From Blastocladiella emersonii ATCC 22665 (Eukaryota; Fungi; Blastocladiomycota): a stretch of DNA of 64,000 bases. Position 1 is the first letter of the stretch. Each line of letters opens with the position of its first letter. The stretch is from positions 558,001-622,000 of the forward strand of contig JANHCV010000004.1 in assembly GCA_025594325.1 (NCBI GenBank), written 5' to 3'. The translations under genes and the position numbers were made by a program. Positions 57,801 through 64,000 of the stretch are shown in pieces. Below the pieces are notes generated by a model. That model saw nothing but the letters and a program-made list of their open reading frames with translations, had not been told where the DNA came from and did not search any database.

Positions 57801-59492
57801 TCAGCCGCGCGATGCACGACGCGGTGAGCGACGTCAGCGACACCTGGTACCGCGCGAGCAGGTTGAGCCACAGGGCGCCGACCTCCATGAGCACGGGGCC
57901 GGGCGCGACGATCGTGGTGAACCCCGAGTAAACGCTGGCGAGCAGCAGGTGCAGGCCGAGCCCGGCGCGCGCCTCGAGGTGCGTGAACGCGATATCGGCG
58001 GGGCCCAGCACGCCGCCGAGCTTGAGCGCGTACTGCTGCGCGAGCAGGCCCGCGTGGCCGACGGCGAGCCCGCGCAGCTCGCCCGCGGCCGACCACGCAA
58101 ACTCGACGTACGCGGTGTCCCCCGCGGGCTCGCTCGTGCACAGCGGGCCTGGGGTTGTGCCGGCAGGGATCGACGCGGGCAGCGCAAACGTATCCCACCA
58201 CGCGCCCGCGGGCGCCGGCGGCCACGCAATCCCGCGCGCGCCCGCCTCGGCCGACAGCAAGCGCATCGTGGCGTCCGTCGACAGGACGAGCGGGCACGCC
58301 GCGGTGCGCAGGATGAACTCGATCTCGAGCACGTCGTCGTCCCCCAGCGCGCCGGCGGGGACCGCCACGGGGACCGCCACGCGGCCGGCGAGCCACACGG
58401 CGACCATGCCGACGACCAGCTCGATGATCTCGGGGCGGCGGTACACGAGCGCGACGTGCGGCGCGGCGTCGGCCGAGGGCAGGGCCGGCGAGGACAGGAT
58501 CAGCGCGGCCTCGTGCTCGGCCTTTTGCTGCAGCTGCGCCCACGAAATGTTGCCGACCTCGGCGCCAGCGGCATCGAGCACCCGGTACGCTACGCCGTTC
58601 GGGGTCGCGGCGGCGCGCGCGGCGACGAGCGCGGCGAGCGTGCGGACCGACGGAAGGGAGACCTGCGTTGTCTCGTCGGCGAGCGGCGCCGTCGGCTCGC
58701 GGGCGACTGTCGGCGGCTGCTGCTGCCCGACGAGCGGGCGGAGCGCCGTCGAGAAGGACACGTCGGACGGCGGCGGCGGGGTGGCTGTGTTTGGGACGGG
58801 GTGTGAGACGTGGTTGCATCGACTTCAGGGTTACGACAGTGCGTACCATCAGTGAGCGACTCCTGGTCAAACAGCGAGCGGCGCTTGACGGGCGCGTTCG
58901 GTTCGGCGGGCGCCTGGAGCAGCTCGAGCGACTGGCGGACGGCCGTGGGCGGCGACGTCGGGACGGGCGGGGCGCCAGCGGCATCCGCGGGGGGAGCGCC
59001 CGAGTTGGACCCGTCGTAGTCGACGACCCAGGTACGGCGCCGGCCGGCCTTGGCGCTGACGACCTCGGCCTGGTGGTGGTGCTGGGCCGCGTCATCGGGG
59101 TTGAGATCGCCGCCCGTGACGGCATCCGAGTCGGTGGGCGAGGCGGTGACGGCGTTGGCGAGCCCCGACGGCGCGGGCGCGGCCCCCGCGGAACGCGCGG
59201 CGGCAGCACGGGCACCGAGACTATCCCCGCGCGCACGGTGGGCGGCAGGCGGGATGTGCTGCAGCACGGCGCGGCGCTCGCTCAGGTACACGTCGCGGCG
59301 CAGCGGGGCCGGGTCGGCGTCGAGGACCAGCAGGTCGAGGCGGATCAGGTCGTCCTGCGTCGCGATGGGAAGGTCGCTGAACCGTTTTCCTGGCGGCAGC
59401 GGGAGCGCCTCGCTGGCGGGAGTCAGCCCGGGCGGCGCGGAGGAAGGCACAGGCGCGCGCGACGGCGAGTCGGCGCCCGAGGTCGATGACAT
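54817..59492 (-). CDS. DIP2: DIP2/Cmr2-like protein (DMAP-binding-like N-terminus plus two acyl-CoA-ligase-like domains)
   Basis: L..LDL.....D...R..Y...R..VL N-terminal motif; two AMP-binding folds (AYVEF, RTGYLG; YRTGEYGF, DIEATVE); C-terminal LAKSRLLEKQRSKIRDAF; one intron near 58770-58850. Confidence 0.85.
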
Positions 59493-60802
59493 GGGTGGTG
59501 GCGTCGGAAGGGTGGGTGGGCTACGGGTCGGTGCTGTGCGGCAGCAGTTGCATGGGGACGGAGCGCGCTCCTTGCTGGCACTCTTTCAAGAGAGAGGAGG
59601 GGGAAGAGAGAGAGAGTGGGGTTGTGGGCGGCGGCGAGGCGGCATCGGCGGTGGCGACCCGACCAAGGCGGCGAGGCGGCGGCCTGGGTGGCGCTCGCAA
59701 GGCGCCTGACCGAGCCCCCCGCCTCCCTCGTCCCACTTCCGCTCTCCCCCGCGAGATGATTCATCTGGGTCCTCCGGCAGTGGGCCCGACTGCTCGAACT
59801 TGGTTGAAGGAGAGTGTTGCCACCCGAGGTGCCACCCCCGCATCCTCGTTGGCGGCCGACCGCCGCGAGGACTGACGCAAGCTTGAGGGCCTCGACCGCT
59901 GTCGCGCGCGACCCGTCAAGCTCAGGGCAAGCTGATTGTCTCGCGCGACGGCGCGACGGCGCGACGGCGCGACGGCTGGTATCTCACGTATCTGTGGTCC
60001 TGCACCCGATCCTCGCTGCGCCTCTAGTCTCGAGCGGTGTGCCCATCTTCAGGGCACACAGTCGTCCGTCGCACAAGCCGCAGGGCGGCGTGATGAACCT
60101 GATGCAGTCCATGCGCGCTCTGACCACTACATCGAGTGGTTAAGCCGCTGGCGATGGCTCAACTGATGGCAGGCCCGATCCTCACAACAGCTGGGCGGCG
60201 AGCGGGTTGTCCTCGAGCAGTGCTTTGATCGGTGAGCGGGCGTGCTCAAGAGCTTGCGCGCCCTCAGTAACAGAGACACAGGTGGTGGCAGCCGGCTGCA
60301 ACGAGACTGCAAAGGGTCAACCACGCTGTCGTCGTTGGCGGGCGACAGCCTCACCGATGATCGCCGGCCGTGCCCACTCGAGCCAAACCAGCTGGTGATA
60401 CGATGCTTGCCGTGTGAATCAGTGCGCAGATTCGAAAGGCCATTCCACCCTATATCCAACGCGAGGGACGGGTCCGCACTAGGAAATGTCGCAAGCGCCA
60501 CACACGCGGGTGTGGCGCAACGCGTCGTGGTTGCGCAGCCGCGTCGGCGACCGGGCTGCACGCGAGGAATCAAGGTGCAACCGTTCGACGAAACGATCAG
60601 AATCAAGCTTTGCTTGCGTGCCTTCCTCTTAGAATCAGTCGCGAGCACCGTCGGCCGATTGGTGGCACGGTCGCGCGGTGACACTGATCGGACCTCGCTG
60701 GACCCCCTCAGCGAGCCGCTGCCACCATAGCACTAAGCCCGTTGATGGAGCATGGTGAACAGACCAAATGTAACGATAAACTCGATGCGACTAAACCAAA
60801 TC

Positions 60803-61657
60803 TCAGCCCTCGTCCTCGTTCACAACCTCAATCGCCGGTCCATTGGGACCGCAAGCCCAGGTGCCAACGCGCTCGAAGTCAAAGGCCACCGATTGCGAAC
60901 CGCGGTCCGCCTTTGAGGCAAGACGTCCGAATACGTGACGGCCGGACGGTGAACGCAAGTTTCGTGAGTGCGACCCAGGCGCCGTTGACGCTGCCAAAGT
61001 CTTGGAAGGAAGTGGACCAACACGGCACTCACTTATGGCTACTCGGAACAGGTGCTTGGATCGAGCAAGACTTTTGAGGGAAGCTGGGCCCAGCGTGACC
61101 CAGGTATCGCCACCAATCAATGAACGCAGCGTGGTAGCCGAGTCGTAGCTATCGATTGTGAGGGAACGAAGACTGGTCGCGCGGCGAAACAGGCTGTGCA
61201 GGGCAGGCACGTCAGAAAGGCGCGCGAAATCTCGAGGTACGCCGGGAACTGAAGCTATATCAAGTACTTGTACGAGTGCAGCGTTCAGAGGAAACCCGAT
61301 CGAGCCAGGCGGCCCGTTGACGTAAAGCCCGCTGGATGAGAGTGTGAACTTGTCGGTGGATAACACACGCTCGTCGGTTATGGCGAACTTCTTCAGTCGG
61401 ATGCGCTCAGTGAACTCGACCATGGCAACTTCGAACAGCTCGCAATTGACGCGGGCGAGTGCATCGACTGAAGCGAAGTCCGTGGGGTCCATCTCAGGGA
61501 AACCAACACGCTGAACAATGGTGCGCAAGACCTTTGCGGGCAGGTTGCATGGATTTTTTGCATTGGATTCATCCATGGTGGCGATGAGTGTGAGGGAGGG
61601 ATCACCGAGCGGCCAAGCTTCGAAACGAGAGAAGCGAAAGCGTGGGAGCGGCGCCAT
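60803..61657 (-). CDS. Divergent F-box-like/LRR-like protein or pseudogene
   Basis: NLPAKVLRTIVQRV...VDALARVNCELF resembles an F-box start; LRSLTI-type segments follow; codon usage is more A/T-rich than neighbouring genes. Confidence 0.35.
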   Translation of the reverse strand: MAPLPRFRFSRFEAWPLGDPSLTLIATMDESNAKNPCNLPAKVLRTIVQRVGFPEMDPTDFASVDALARVNCELFEVAMVEFTERIRLKKFAITDERVLSTDKFTLSSSGLYVNGPPGSIGFPLNAALVQVLDIASVPGVPRDFARLSDVPALHSLFRRATSLRSLTIDSYDSATTLRSLIGGDTWVTLGPASLKSLARSKHLFRVAISECRVGPLPSKTLAASTAPGSHSRNLRSPSGRHVFGRLASKADRGSQSVAFDFERVGTWACGPNGPAIEVVNEDEG

Positions 61658-62730
61658 CACGTGCAGATGAGCATCGCTAGCGCGCCGGGGCAGCCTGTCA
61701 ACCGACGCGTGTGGCAACCAGCCACCTGGTCGCATGTGACCGACCGCGCACCTGTTCCTGAGCCGCCTGCTGCCCGCGGCGGCGCTCCCTGCATTCGCAT
61801 CCACTCTCCCCTCACCCCGCCTTGGGTTCGGGGCCGGAGGCAGGAATACACATTCCTGACTAGCTCGTGTCCCCCTCCTCGCCACGCCATACACAGCCCT
61901 CACGCGCCTATTACCCTGGCGCCGGGCACTTCGCTAACCTAGCCAACTGCGCTGTCCCGAAGGCAACTTCAAAGTCGTGAGCTGTGACAAGATGTGCTCA
62001 GGTCCATCAATTCCAACGGTGGAAGACCAAGCATTGAGCTCCTTGAGTCTCGCCATACTATCGGGGATTACGAGGCACGGCGCCTTGTCGTGCACCGCGC
62101 GCGCTAGGCTGTCCCAAAGCCAAATTGGCCAAACGAGTTGAAGAACCGGCCACGGACTTAAAAAGTAACCTGCTGACGCTAAGCGTGTGCAAATTGGGCA
62201 AAGCTGACTGCGAATTGTCGCAAGTTGGCATCGATGTCGAGAGCGGCGGGAAGATAGGCGTAAGCGTGTCGCACGGCTTCCGCAGCCACGAGGGACGCGT
62301 CGTTCACACCAGCCCGGCCCACGTGGTGCGGCCTTCGATTTCGCCGCACCGGCCATCGACGAAGCGCGTGGCGCCGCCGCTCGCCGTCCCTGGCGCACCC
62401 TCCCCCTCCTGCTCGCCTCAGGACGCTCATGAGAGACTTGATGCATTTGCCACCGTGCGCCCGATTCTCGCTCCTGCCACCGTGAGCGACGACGCGCTCA
62501 CTGTTGCAGCGAGTCGCGGTGCAAGGGCCGGCCCAACAGCACACACGCCAAGTCTCGCGAGACGAGGCACCGCATTTATCGCCAATGCGGTGCACAGCGA
62601 CCCACCCGCTGCGTCTCTCTTCTCTGCTCCGCACCCACCATAAAGGGACCGGCGACCGCCTTCCCTCTGCGGGCTAGGCTTGTCCCTCGTGCTCCTTCCT
62701 GCAAGCGACCTGCTGCAGTCGACGCGCGCC

Positions 62731-64000
62731 ATGGATCCCTCGCCGCGCCAGGACCCGCAGCGGGCCCCCGTGCTGCGCCGCTACCAGACCGCCTACCGCT
62801 CCCACTCCGACGACATTGCGCCCGCGACCGACGGTGTCGCCCCGCCGCCGCGCGCCAACCACCATCTGCTCGGCGACGGGAACTACAGCGTCCTCGGCAG
62901 CCCCGACTCGGCGCACTTCCCCGCCTCCGCCGCCGCGACTGCCCGCAATGTGCCGCCCGCTCGCACCCCGTCCTACGGCGCCGCTACTCGGCGCGGGGCG
63001 GCAACCCGCGCCAGCTCGCGCGGCGACGACGACCGCGACGTGTGCATCGACGTCGCTCTCGACTCGGTCCTCGCGGACCCGCACCGCCTCAAGCGCGCAC
63101 ACTCGGGCGCGCGGCTGCTCGAGCGCTTCTTCGGCACGCGCCCGCGCTACGAGTCGTACAACGGGGCGCGTCTCGCGTACGAGGACGCGCGCCGCGCTGC
63201 CCGCCGCGACCACAAGTGGTCGTCGGGTTCCGGTACCGCGCCGTCGACGGAGCAGCCGGCCGACCGCGGGTGGACCTCGCTCGGCGAGCGCATTACGCTC
63301 CGCCGGTCGCCCGTCGCGGCGTTCATCGACTTTGTCGGGAGCCCGCAGTTCCGCGTGCCCGTCGTGACGGCCGCCTTCTTTGTCGACCTGTGTCTCGTGT
63401 GCCTCTACGTCGCCGAGATGATCTACGTCGAGGCGCTGTCGCCCGAGTCCAAGGCGCGCGCCTTTAACGGTGTCGATCTCACCCCGCACTGGCTGTGGAC
63501 GCCGCGGCCCGCGACCATCTACTGGGCTGCTGTCGGTACGGTCTCGACCTACTCGCGCCGAGTCAGCGCGTCACTCACACTCGCACACGCAACGACCTCT
63601 AGCGCTCGAAATGTTCAACCTCGTCTACGCCGTTATCACGCTGGCGATTACGCTGAGCGTCAACGCGCTCTTCTCGCGCGGGTACTCGCCGCTCGACCTG
63701 CTCACGTCGTTCCCGTTCTTCGTCTCGCTGTTCCTGCCGCACGGCCAGTTCCTGTACATCCCGTACTTCCTACGGTCGATCCGCCTGATCCCGCGCATGC
63801 GCCGGCTCATCTTCATCCGCGACGAGGTGGACGGCGGCGCCGACGTGGCCGTGTCGGTGCCCGCGCACATGTACCAGACGCAGCTGACGCTGCTGCTGCT
63901 GTCGCTCGCCGACATCGTGTTCGTGACGACGTGCGCCGTGCACTACACGGAGCTCGCGTTCGGCGAGACGCCCATCAGCCTGTTCGAGGCGCTGTACATG
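62731..64000 (+). CDS. Slo/BK-type (calcium-activated) potassium channel, 5' part, truncated by the window end
   Basis: Spliced frame gives TM S1-S5 with DLLTSFPF, FLYIPYFLRSIRL (S4-like), then FVTTCAVHYTE...ISLFEALYM leading into the pore helix. The selectivity filter lies outside the window. Confidence 0.72.
   Translation, partial: MDPSPRQDPQRAPVLRRYQTAYRSHSDDIAPATDGVAPPPRANHHLLGDGNYSVLGSPDSAHFPASAAATARNVPPARTPSYGAATRRGAATRASSRGDDDRDVCIDVALDSVLADPHRLKRAHSGARLLERFFGTRPRYESYNGARLAYEDARRAARRDHKWSSGSGTAPSTEQPADRGWTSLGERITLRRSPVAAFIDFVGSPQFRVPVVTAAFFVDLCLVCLYVAEMIYVEALSPESKARAFNGVDLTPHWLWTPRPATIYWAAVGTVSTYSRRVSASLTLAHATTSSARNVQPRLRRYHAGDYAERQRALLARVLAARPAHVVPVLRLAVPAARPVPVHPVLPTVDPPDPAHAPAHLHPRRGGRRRRRGRVGARAHVPDAADAAAAVARRHRVRDDVRRALHGARVRRDAHQPVRGAVH

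Noticed and set aside
54775-58806. 1343-aa ORF on the + strand (likewise 24774..27164+, 13334..14845-, 30262..31848+, 17531..18742+)
   Set aside because: Antisense shadows of real high-GC3 genes: stops are depleted on the opposite strand, the translations are Arg/Gly/His-rich, and they have no motifs.

Overview
GC-rich eukaryotic genomic DNA with short (about 55-65 nt) GTACG...CTRAC...YAG introns. The gene set points to an early-diverging, probably zoosporic, fungus (Blastocladiomycota/Chytridiomycota-like). This is inferred from fungal-type Vps3844, Ivy1 and DIP2/Cmr2 genes occurring together with Frizzled, class A GPCR and Slo/BK-type channel genes. Positions 1-10271 form an apparently perfect inverted repeat (arms 1-3062 and 7210-10271; mirror positions sum to 10272; the left arm runs off the window). 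Each arm carries a CACTA-like terminus with subterminal repeats and a decayed CMC/EnSpm-like transposase. The 4.1 kb spacer holds a broken P-element-like transposase and a midasin gene fragment. The rest is a compact gene-rich region: four paralogous rhodopsin-like GPCRs that all keep a TM7 Lys-x3-Glu, a helical-domain/TKL-kinase/LRR protein, an adenylyl-cyclase-type membrane scaffold with no catalytic domains, a Frizzled/Smoothened receptor, and FCP1, PIG-F, Ivy1-like, FHA, SFSWAP-like, DOPA 4,5-dioxygenase, Vps3844, DUF829, F-box/WD40, M13 peptidase, DIP2 and a partial BK-type K+ channel. All family calls come from motif recognition by eye; no database search was run. Exon boundaries are hand-inferred. 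No rRNA, tRNA or CRISPR array could be supported.
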